Below, piece by piece: positions 17,335-24,088 of a stretch of 32,000 bases of DNA. Every line of letters starts with the position of its first letter. The stretch's first letter is position 1. Source of the stretch: Mycolicibacterium smegmatis (GTDB taxonomy: Bacteria > Actinomycetota > Actinomycetes > Mycobacteriales > Mycobacteriaceae). The notes beneath the pieces are model-generated. The model made no database searches. It had not been told where the DNA came from and was given only the letters and a program-made list of their open reading frames with translations. The translations under genes and the position numbers were made by a program. Location: the NCBI RefSeq assembly GCF_001457595.1, contig NZ_LN831039.1, forward strand, positions 4,860,001 to 4,892,000. Reading direction: 5' to 3'.

Positions 17335-18134
17335 TGTTCTCGCGCAACGGGATCAGGGCGTTACGGATCTGGACCGCCGTGGTTCTGGTGTTCCTGTACA
17401 TCCCCCTGCTGCTGGTCCTGATCAACGCGTTCAACGCATCCCGCACGTTCGCGTTCCCGCCGACCGGTTTCACGCTGGCCTGGTGGGCCGACGCGGCCCG
17501 CAGCCCGGGCATGTGGCACGCGCTGGCCAACTCCGTGGTGGTCGGTCTCGCGGCCACCGCGATCGCCCTGGTGCTGGGCACCATGATCGCGTTCGCCGTG
17601 CAGCGGCACCGGTTCTTCGGGCGCACCACGGTGAGTTTCCTCGTGGTGCTGCCGATCACGCTGCCGGGCATCGTCACCGGCATCGCGCTCAACGCGACGT
17701 TCACCTCGGCGCTCGGGCTGATGCTCGGGATGGCCACGGTGATCATCGGCCACGCGACGTTCTGCATCGTGATCGTCTTCAACAACACCCAGGCGCGGCT
17801 GCGTCAGATGGGTTCGAGCCTGCAGGACGCGTCGGCCGATCTCGGCGCGTCGTCGTGGCAGACGTTCCGGTTCGTCACGTTCCCGATGATGCGCGGCGCG
17901 TTGCTCGCCGGCGCGATCCTGGCCTTCGCGCTGTCGTTCGACGAGATCGTGGTGACGACGTTCACCGCGGGACCCACGGTGCAGACACTGCCGATCTGGA
18001 TCTTCTCGAACCTCTTCCGGCCCAATCAGGCGCCGGTGATCAACGTCGTGGCGGCGGCACTGACCGTGTTGGCGATCATCCCGGTATGGCTCGCGGGGCG
18101 TTTCGGGGGTGACCCCGCCGGAGCGCGGGTCTAG
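17334..18134 (+). CDS. ABC transporter permease (PotC-like)
   Basis: This is the C-terminal part of track ORF 16845..18134. ATG at 17334 shares its A with the upstream TGA (GTGATG), suggesting translational coupling. EAA loop: LRQMGSSLQDASADLGASSWQTFRF. Confidence 0.88.
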   Translation: MFSRNGIRALRIWTAVVLVFLYIPLLLVLINAFNASRTFAFPPTGFTLAWWADAARSPGMWHALANSVVVGLAATAIALVLGTMIAFAVQRHRFFGRTTVSFLVVLPITLPGIVTGIALNATFTSALGLMLGMATVIIGHATFCIVIVFNNTQARLRQMGSSLQDASADLGASSWQTFRFVTFPMMRGALLAGAILAFALSFDEIVVTTFTAGPTVQTLPIWIFSNLFRPNQAPVINVVAAALTVLAIIPVWLAGRFGGDPAGARV

Positions 18135-18154
18135 TCAGGGTCTCGACGCCTGCT

Positions 18155-18817
18155 TCAGGACGCGCGAAGGTGCAGCGCGCGCCGGAAGGCCCGGTGGAAC
18201 GAATGGTTGAACGCCCGCGCCACGACCGTCGGCGTGATGTCCACGGCTTGCCCGCTCTCCGGATCGGAGGTGGATACCGCAGCAGCCTGTTCGGCCAGGT
18301 CGTCGACCGCATCCGCGGTCAAGCGCGCGACGCGCGCAGCGGTCCCGATCAGCGCCGGCTGATCGTCGCTGGCGGCAACCGCGGCACTGAGCGCGGGGTC
18401 GGTCAGCACGAAGACGCCGTCGGCCAACTCGGCGAGGCCTGCCTCGACCAGGGTGCGTGCGTCGGACTCCGACACGTCGGCGGTGATGGGAGAGCGGTGG
18501 GCGGTCAACTCGGCCCGCTCGATTCCCAGCGCCTCGGCGAGATCCTGCCCATGGCGGACGCTGCTGAAGAACTCGGCGATGTGTGCCGAACTGAAACCCT
18601 TGTTCAGCAACGAAGCGATCAGCCTGAGCTGGGCCACGTGTGCATCGTCGTAGTACGCCGAGCGACCCACCCGGCGAGGCGGGTCGAGGAGCCCGCGCTC
18701 GCGGTACGCGCGGATGTTTCGCGCGTTGACACCTGAGAGCTGGGCGAGTTCGTCCAATCGATACTCAGCCAACCCGACGTCCCCCGCGTCGCCCTGAACG
18801 GACACCCATGCCGCCAC
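18155..18817 (-). CDS. MerR family transcriptional regulator
   Basis: 220 aa. N-terminal MerR helix-turn-helix YRLDELAQLSGVNARNIRAYRERGLLDPPRRVGRSAYYDDAHVAQLRLI. GTG at 18817 follows GGAGG. The exact start is uncertain (in-frame GTG 18805 and a TTG further downstream). Confidence 0.85.
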   Translation of the reverse strand: MAAWVSVQGDAGDVGLAEYRLDELAQLSGVNARNIRAYRERGLLDPPRRVGRSAYYDDAHVAQLRLIASLLNKGFSSAHIAEFFSSVRHGQDLAEALGIERAELTAHRSPITADVSESDARTLVEAGLAELADGVFVLTDPALSAAVAASDDQPALIGTAARVARLTADAVDDLAEQAAAVSTSDPESGQAVDITPTVVARAFNHSFHRAFRRALHLRAS

Positions 18818-18994
18818 CCTACCTCCGGCCGAACGTAGCGAGCAAATTTTTCAAGCGTGGCGCACAAACGACAGAACAAAGAACTTAGTCGCTCTTATCT
18901 GCAGCGATGTCGAGAAATCAGCCGCAGAAACTCCGTGACTATGCAATCTCAGCCAACTCTCAGGCTCGCGTTGCGCGACGGCGGGCCGGCGCAC

Positions 18995-19010
18995 GGTGAG
19001 TGAACTCACC
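18995..19010. promoter_or_regulatory. Inverted repeat GGTGAGT-GA-ACTCACC in the MerR/MFS divergent region (candidate MerR operator)
   Basis: The two 7-bp arms are perfect reverse complements. The repeat lies about 85 bp upstream of the probable MFS start. Confidence 0.4.
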
Positions 19011-19092
19011 TCGGCAAAGATGGAATCCCCCGGCAGCGCTGCGCGACCATGGAGCCGGACATCAGAACAACGAGGGCTCGAAGAAAGGCAGC

Positions 19093-20364
19093 GTGGTGCG
19101 TCCCTGGATCGTGTGGACCACCGGGCTCCTCGCCTACATCATCGCCGTCCTCGACCGCACCACCCTCGGCGTTTCGGGCCTGCAGGCCGCCGACCGGTTC
19201 TCCGCCACTCCCACCGTCCTGTCCACGTTCGTCGTGCTCCAGGTCGTCGTCTACGCCGGCGCGCAGGTCCCCGCCGGTGTGCTGCTGGACCGGTTCGGCT
19301 CCCGTGTGCTCATCGTGTGCGGCGCAGCGCTCATGGCCGGCGGCCAACTGGTGCTGGCGTTCAGCGAGTCGCTACCGGCCGCGATCGGCGCCCGCGCGAT
19401 CGTCGGCCTCGGCGACGCGGTCACCTTCATCTCGGTGTTGCGTCTGGTGCCGCACTGGTTCAAACCCTCGCAGGTTCCGTTGCTGACCCAGCTGACGGGC
19501 ATCTGCGGCCAACTCGGCCAGGTCCTGTCGGCGGTTCCGTTCCTGGCCCTGCTCACCGCGGCCGGCTGGACACCGGCATACCTGTCGGTCGGCGCGTTCG
19601 GGCTGCTCGTGATGGCGCTGGTACTCGCCGTCGTCAAGAACACGCCGCACGGCCGCGTCGTGGCCACCGAGACCACCTCGGTGCGCGACATCCCCGGCAG
19701 CGTCAAGACCGTCTGGCTGCGCCCGGGCAACCGGCTCGGGTTCTTCACCCACATGGGCACGCAGTTCTCCGTCACGGTGTTCGCGCTGATGTGGGGCGTC
19801 CCCTATCTCACGGTGGCGCAGGGTCTCTCGACCGCGGCGGCCGGCGCCCTGCTCACCGTCTCGGTGGTGACGGCGATCTCGGCCGGTGTCGCCATCGGCA
19901 TCTTCACCGGGCGGCACCCGCACCGCCGATCACGTCTGGTGCTCTGGATCATCGCGAGCAACGCGTCGATCTGGACCATCGTGCTGGCGTTGCCCGGTCC
20001 CGCGCCGACGTGGCTGCTGGTGGTCCTCATCGTGATCATCTCGGTGGGTGGTCCGGGGTCGATGGTCGGCTTCGACTTCGCCCGGACGTTCAATCCGAGT
20101 GCGACGCTCGGCACCGCGCAGGGCATGGTCAACATGGGCGGATTCCTGGCGTCCCTGATCGTCATGCAGGCGATGGGCGTCGTGCTGTCACATGCCGGTA
20201 GCTACTCGTTCGAGTCGTTCCGCCTGGCCTGGACGGTGCAGTACGCCATCTGGATCCTGGCGACCATCGGCATCCTGATCACCCGCCACAAGACCCGCCG
20301 GTTGATGGCCGCCGAGCAGGAACGCATGCTGCTCGAAGGGTTCGAGGCTCACCCGCCACGCTGA
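19093..20364 (+). CDS. MFS transporter
   Basis: ORF track 19000..20364. The first 31 codons have low third-position GC (about 63 percent) and overlap the inverted repeat. GTG 19093 (or 19096) follows GAAAGG and begins directly with TM1 (RPWIVWTTGLLAYIIAVLDRTTLGV). About 12 TM segments. Confidence 0.85.
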   Translation: MVRPWIVWTTGLLAYIIAVLDRTTLGVSGLQAADRFSATPTVLSTFVVLQVVVYAGAQVPAGVLLDRFGSRVLIVCGAALMAGGQLVLAFSESLPAAIGARAIVGLGDAVTFISVLRLVPHWFKPSQVPLLTQLTGICGQLGQVLSAVPFLALLTAAGWTPAYLSVGAFGLLVMALVLAVVKNTPHGRVVATETTSVRDIPGSVKTVWLRPGNRLGFFTHMGTQFSVTVFALMWGVPYLTVAQGLSTAAAGALLTVSVVTAISAGVAIGIFTGRHPHRRSRLVLWIIASNASIWTIVLALPGPAPTWLLVVLIVIISVGGPGSMVGFDFARTFNPSATLGTAQGMVNMGGFLASLIVMQAMGVVLSHAGSYSFESFRLAWTVQYAIWILATIGILITRHKTRRLMAAEQERMLLEGFEAHPPR

Positions 20365-21680
20365 TCGCCGCCGATCCGTTCGGCGACTTTCGCACCGATG
20401 CGGCGGTGGCCCCCGGCCTCGTGGCCTGCGACGGCGATCATCGGTGCGGCCGTCACGAGCAGCAGGCACAACGCCATGTCGATTCCTGCCGCGGCCAGGC
20501 CGACCGAGGCGACCAGCGGTGCGGCCGCGACCACGAGGAGCACCAGGTAGAAGCGGTCGACGGTGCCGACCAGGGTCGCGTAGATGACGAACATGCCCAC
20601 CAGGAAGACCGCGACCGGAACCGCCACGGCGAGCACCGTGGCGACCGCATCGAGGTGCGAGTGTCCTTCGACGTGGTAGGCGGCCAGGTGCAGCCCGGCC
20701 CCGGTCGCCACGATCGCCCCGAACACGAAGATGTGGAGATAGCCGTACCGGAACGACAGCCTGCGATGCACGTGCAGCAGTTCGGCGGCGGGAACCAGAA
20801 AGTACACCCACCACAAGCCGAAGGTGAGACCCGTGCCCGCCATGGCGAGCAGCACGGCGTCCGTTGACCAGCCCTGCTCGCCGACCGCGGCCGTGAGCGA
20901 TGCCGCGGTGCCCACCACTCCCTCACCGAGCGCGATGATCGCCAGCAGGCCGTACCGCTCGGCGATGTGGTGGGCGTGCCACGGTGTGCCGCCCATGCGG
21001 CGTTCGGCCACCAGCGGACCGCAGATCTCGACTGCGACCAGCACCGCACCCGTCGCGAAGAACTCCATGGGCGTGGTCTGCACGAAGATCTGGGCGATCC
21101 AGCCGAGCTGCGCCAGCACGAGCGCGGCGGCATAGGTGAGGCACGCCGTGCGGTGCTGCCGGTCCTGCGCGGCCGCCCGCAGCCACTGCGCCACCAGCGC
21201 GATGCGCATCACCACGTAGCCGGCCACCATCACGGCGTTGTCGACATGTCCGCCGTGGTCGATCGACGCGAACGTCGCCGGCAGCCCGAGGGCCAGGATG
21301 ATGACGCCGACCATCTGCAACATGGTCATCGCGCGGTACACCCAGTCGTCGGTGTCGTACGCCGAGGCGAACCACGTGAAGTTCATCCACGCCCACCAGA
21401 TCGCGAACGTCGCGAAGCCGAACGCCGTCAGCCCGTGCGCGACGTGCCCTTCGGCTATCAGGTGCGCCAGCTGCGAGGCCGCGACGCCGAAGGCGATCAC
21501 GAACGTGAGGTCGAACAACAGCTCAAGTGGTGATGCCACCCGGTGCTGCTCATGCGGATCACGTCCGCTCATCCGGAAAAGCCGGTGCGCCTGCACAGGT
21601 AGCTCGCGTGCCCCCTCGTCCACGTCCTGGATCCTTCCCCCCTCGGCGTCGGCGCGCATCGCGCGGGTGCCGGCAAACAT
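20349..21680 (-). CDS. Low-temperature-requirement A (LtrA)-like integral membrane protein
   Basis: 443-aa polytopic ORF. The motif GRDPHEQHRVASPLELLFDLTFVIAFG is characteristic of the LtrA family. Start is uncertain (ATG 21680, 21659 or 21572). The 3' end overlaps the convergent MFS gene by 16 bp. Confidence 0.8.
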   Translation of the reverse strand: MFAGTRAMRADAEGGRIQDVDEGARELPVQAHRLFRMSGRDPHEQHRVASPLELLFDLTFVIAFGVAASQLAHLIAEGHVAHGLTAFGFATFAIWWAWMNFTWFASAYDTDDWVYRAMTMLQMVGVIILALGLPATFASIDHGGHVDNAVMVAGYVVMRIALVAQWLRAAAQDRQHRTACLTYAAALVLAQLGWIAQIFVQTTPMEFFATGAVLVAVEICGPLVAERRMGGTPWHAHHIAERYGLLAIIALGEGVVGTAASLTAAVGEQGWSTDAVLLAMAGTGLTFGLWWVYFLVPAAELLHVHRRLSFRYGYLHIFVFGAIVATGAGLHLAAYHVEGHSHLDAVATVLAVAVPVAVFLVGMFVIYATLVGTVDRFYLVLLVVAAAPLVASVGLAAAGIDMALCLLLVTAAPMIAVAGHEAGGHRRIGAKVAERIGGDQRGG

Positions 21681-21705
21681 GTTCGCCCGAAATCACAGCA
21701 AATGC

Positions 21706-21719
21706 AGTAGTGCACTACT
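21706..21719. promoter_or_regulatory. Perfect 14-bp palindrome AGTAGTGCACTACT between ltrA-like and SARP-like genes
   Basis: Exactly self-complementary. It sits in the 75-bp divergent gap 21681..21755. Confidence 0.4.
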
Positions 21720-21755
21720 CGTGTCATACGTGCGTCGCGGCGTCACGATGAGTAC

Positions 21756-22301
21756 GTGCATCGACAGTTTTCGCTGAACCTTCTGGGTGAGTTCGTCGTT
21801 TACCGGGATATGAAGCAGCTCGCGCTACCGCCGTCGTGCCGGCGGCTGGTCGCGCTGGCCGCGCTGAAGCAGCGGCCGCTGCACCGTAACTGGGTGTGCG
21901 AGACACTGTGGCCCGGAAGCCCGCCGAACAGGGCTGTCGCGTCGTTACGCTCGGCACTGTGGCGGTTGCGGCCGATGGGGGCGGATGCGCTGCTCGAGGT
22001 GGCGCCCCAGGAGATCGCGCTCGCTGCGAACGTATGGGTCGACTGGCACGAGATCATCCGGCTCACCGGCGTGCGCGCAGCCCGCGGAGGCGTTGCCGAT
22101 CCTGCACTCAAGGCCCTGCTCCACAACGGCGACCTGCTCGAGGGCTGGCCCGACACGTGGTGCGCCAGCGAACGTGAGCAGCTCCGCAACCTGCGACGGG
22201 ACGTGCTCGCCGGCGCGACCGACCAGGACCGCAGGCAGCTTCCGCAGCACGGCTTCAGGAGCCATCTGCTGCACCGGGTGACCGATCCGAGTTGGCCGTG
22301 A
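21756..22301 (+). CDS. Short SARP/AfsR-like regulator (winged-helix DNA-binding region plus truncated BTAD-like segment)
   Basis: 181 aa with a GTG start. The N-terminus FSLNLLGEFVV...LALPPSCRRLVALAALKQRPLHRNWVCETLWP...SLRSALWRLR resembles the OmpR-type wHTH of SARPs. DLLEGWPDTWCASEREQLRNLRRDVL resembles the start of a BTAD domain, but the protein ends about 100 aa short of a full BTAD. Confidence 0.6.
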   Translation: MHRQFSLNLLGEFVVYRDMKQLALPPSCRRLVALAALKQRPLHRNWVCETLWPGSPPNRAVASLRSALWRLRPMGADALLEVAPQEIALAANVWVDWHEIIRLTGVRAARGGVADPALKALLHNGDLLEGWPDTWCASEREQLRNLRRDVLAGATDQDRRQLPQHGFRSHLLHRVTDPSWP

Positions 22302-22423
22302 CCGCGCCCGTCGTAGGACTGATCGTGCTGATGTCGGTCGGCCTGCCGCTCGGCGCGTGGGGGTTGCACGACCTGCAGGTGCGTCTGGAGCGCTGGGCCT
22401 ACGATCGCCACGCCCAGGATTGA
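22298..22423 (+). CDS. 41-aa single-pass membrane micro-protein, translationally coupled to the SARP-like gene
   Basis: Not in the ORF track (too short). GTG 22298 overlaps the upstream TGA (GTGA). Translation: MTAPVVGLIVLMSVGLPLGAWGLHDLQVRLERWAYDRHAQD. Third-position GC is about 35 of 40 codons, typical of real genes here. It has a hydrophobic N-terminal helix and a charged tail. Confidence 0.6.
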   Translation: MTAPVVGLIVLMSVGLPLGAWGLHDLQVRLERWAYDRHAQD

Positions 22424-22435
22424 GACGGGCTGGCT

Positions 22436-23038
22436 CTACACCGGGTCGAAGGTGGAGATCAGCCAGTTGCCGTCGATCTTGGTGAGGCCGACCTTGACGC
22501 TGCTGGTCGCGAACGACCCGTCGGGGATCTCCTGACTGGTGGTGGTCTGGTTGATGAACAGCAGCACCACCGCGGACTCGGGCTTGATCTCCGACACCGC
22601 ACCGTTGACGACGGTCGCCTTGGTCTTCACCTTCTTCTGCTGCGCAGCGGGCGCGACGACCTTGGTGGTGAAGTCGGTGTAGTACGAGAGGAAATCACCC
22701 GTCAGATGCGTCTTGGCGGTCGCGAAATCCTGGTCGAGGCTTTCCGGTGCGTAGGACAGCAGCGCGACCGTGCCGTCGGTGGCCGCCTTGAGCGCGACCT
22801 CGGCCGCGGCCGGATCGGTCTCCTTGTCCACCCGGTATTGCGTCAGGTACACGAACGTCGCCAGTGCGGCCGACGCGACCAGAGCGATTCCGAGCATGAT
22901 CGGCACGGTCTTGGCCCTGATCGCCTTGAGCACCCCTCGGCTTGGTGCGTGTGCGGGCGCGGGTTCGGTGGCGGTCACGGCCTGGTCGACGGTCTCGGGT
23001 GCCTCGACGGCGTCGGAGGTCTGGTCTTGCGCGCTCAC
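22436..23038 (-). CDS. Mce-associated membrane protein (Mam family)
   Basis: 200 aa with one N-terminal TM segment (VPIMLGIALVASAALATFVYL). The following domain has the typical Mam pattern ...ATDGTVALLSYAPESLDQDFATAKTHLTGDFLSYY...AVVLLFINQTTT.... GTG 23038 overlaps the upstream stop (GTGA). Confidence 0.82.
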   Translation of the reverse strand: MSAQDQTSDAVEAPETVDQAVTATEPAPAHAPSRGVLKAIRAKTVPIMLGIALVASAALATFVYLTQYRVDKETDPAAAEVALKAATDGTVALLSYAPESLDQDFATAKTHLTGDFLSYYTDFTTKVVAPAAQQKKVKTKATVVNGAVSEIKPESAVVLLFINQTTTSQEIPDGSFATSSVKVGLTKIDGNWLISTFDPV

Positions 23039-23946
23039 GGTACGAACTCGACTTTCGCCAACTTGATCTGGTCGCCGTCCTGCTTGACGGTCACGCTCAG
23101 CCGCCAGTTGCGTGGATCTTGATCGGCCCCGGCGGAATTCGAGATCCGCGAGGTAGCCGCGACCAGCACGACCGCGGAGTCATCGGTCATGGAGTCCACC
23201 GCGGTGGCGTTCACCTGGGCCTCGGTGGTGACCTTGGCCTGCTCGGCCACCTTGGCGAAGTCCTCGGCGGTCGCCTCGAAGTCGGCGCGGAAGTCGCCGG
23301 TCGACATGTCGATGATCCGCTGCACGTCCTCCTTGGCGTGGGTGTGATCGAGCGACATCAACGTGACGACGCCTTGGCGGGCCGCCGCGGCGAACTCGGC
23401 GGCACGGCGCTGATCGTCCTGCATCTGCTTGTGGTGGTACATCATGAGGCCGCTCACGGTCAGCAGACCGAGGATGATCACCACCGTCACTCCCGCGGCG
23501 ATCCACTTCCACACCGGCGCGTTGGTGCGGGTCGTCAGCTTGGCCTCGGGCAACTCTTGCGCCTCTTGCGCCTCCGGCTTTCCGGCGCTGTCCTTCTCGG
23601 CTGCTTCGGTGTCCTCGGCGGCTTCGGTGTCTTCGGTGTCTTCGGCGTTCTCGGCGTCTTCCGGCTCGCCGGTTTCGGACTCGTCCACGGACTCGTTCTC
23701 GGCGTCGGCTTCGGAGCTGCGCTTGGCGGCCTCCTCGGCCTGCCGCCGCAACCGCAGGGCCTCCGCACGTGCACGCGCGGCCGCGGCGATCGCCTCGGCT
23801 TCCGCGGCTTCGGCCTCGGCCTGCTCGGCGAGCAGAAGCGCGTCGTCGGCCGAGAGTTCCCCGGCCGGGGAATCGCTGCGGTCGGCGTCCTGATCGTCAC
23901 CATGGGATCCGTTGATCACGGGCAACGTAGGCTTGCGGGACGGCAT
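23035..23946 (-). CDS. Mce-associated membrane protein (Mam family) with long acidic low-complexity N-terminal extension
   Basis: ORF track 23035..23979 starts at a TTG. ATG 23946 is preferred (GGACAGGAGG ends 6 nt upstream). It has about 140 aa of Glu/Asp/Ala-rich sequence, then a TM segment (WIAAGVTVVIILGLLTVSGLMMY), then the Mam domain (VVTLMSLDHTHAKEDVQRIIDMSTGDFRADF...AVVLVAATS). Confidence 0.82.
   Translation of the reverse strand: MPSRKPTLPVINGSHGDDQDADRSDSPAGELSADDALLLAEQAEAEAAEAEAIAAAARARAEALRLRRQAEEAAKRSSEADAENESVDESETGEPEDAENAEDTEDTEAAEDTEAAEKDSAGKPEAQEAQELPEAKLTTRTNAPVWKWIAAGVTVVIILGLLTVSGLMMYHHKQMQDDQRRAAEFAAAARQGVVTLMSLDHTHAKEDVQRIIDMSTGDFRADFEATAEDFAKVAEQAKVTTEAQVNATAVDSMTDDSAVVLVAATSRISNSAGADQDPRNWRLSVTVKQDGDQIKLAKVEFVP
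23554..23571. repeat. Perfect 9-bp tandem duplication CTCTTGCGC x2 (encodes AQE-AQE)
   Basis: Seen directly at 23554-23562 and 23563-23571, in frame within the acidic region of the Mam gene. Confidence 0.7.
23604..23657. repeat. Six imperfect in-frame 9-bp tandem units (consensus CTTCGGTGT)
   Basis: Units: CTTCGGTGT / CCTCGGCGG / CTTCGGTGT / CTTCGGTGT / CTTCGGCGT / TCTCGGCGT. They encode the repetitive ...ENAEDTEDTEAAEDTEAAE... segment. Confidence 0.65.
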
Positions 23947-23980
23947 GTGGACCTCCTGTCCGTTCAGCAGCCTGCTCAAT

Positions 23981-23995
23981 GAGAATCACGTTATC
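23981..23995. promoter_or_regulatory. Operator-like site GAGAAT-CAC-GTTATC upstream of the Mam operon (site 1 of 4)
   Basis: GAGAATCACGTTATCAGTTT matches site 2 (GAGAATCATATTCTCAGTTT) at 17 of 20 positions. It overlaps the minus-strand TANNNT candidate TAACGT (23993..23988), about 40 nt upstream of the ATG at 23946. Confidence 0.45.
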
Positions 23996-24039
23996 AGTTT
24001 TTGATAGCGACCCGACCCTGCATCGGCAGCGGGGGCTGG

Positions 24040-24060
24040 AAAATACCGCTTTTGCTGCGG
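24040..24060 (-). terminator. Weak intrinsic-terminator candidate after the first acyl-CoA ligase gene
   Basis: The minus strand reads CCGC-agcaaaa-GCGG-TATTTT. The stem is short (4-6 bp) and is followed by a T-tract, about 30 nt after the stop at 24089. Confidence 0.25.
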
Positions 24061-24088
24061 AAACGTTATTTACGTGCTGTGCGTGGGC

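Noticed and set aside
18907-18999. A 30-codon ORF (MSRNQPQKLRDYAISANSQARVARRRAGAR) in the MerR/MFS intergenic region.
   Set aside because: Third-position GC is only about 59 percent, against about 85-90 percent in real genes here. It has no Shine-Dalgarno sequence, and its end overlaps the inverted repeat. It is probably non-coding promoter DNA.
19000-19092. A 31-codon N-terminal extension of the MFS transporter as called in the ORF track.
   Set aside because: It has low third-position GC, is hydrophilic with no MFS counterpart, and overlaps the candidate operator. GTG 19093 with an upstream GAAAGG starts directly at TM1.
23947-23979. The TTG start at 23979 for the acidic Mam protein.
   Set aside because: ATG 23946 has a strong GGAGG 6 nt upstream. 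The TTG would place that ribosome-binding site inside the coding sequence and put the start against the operator-like site.
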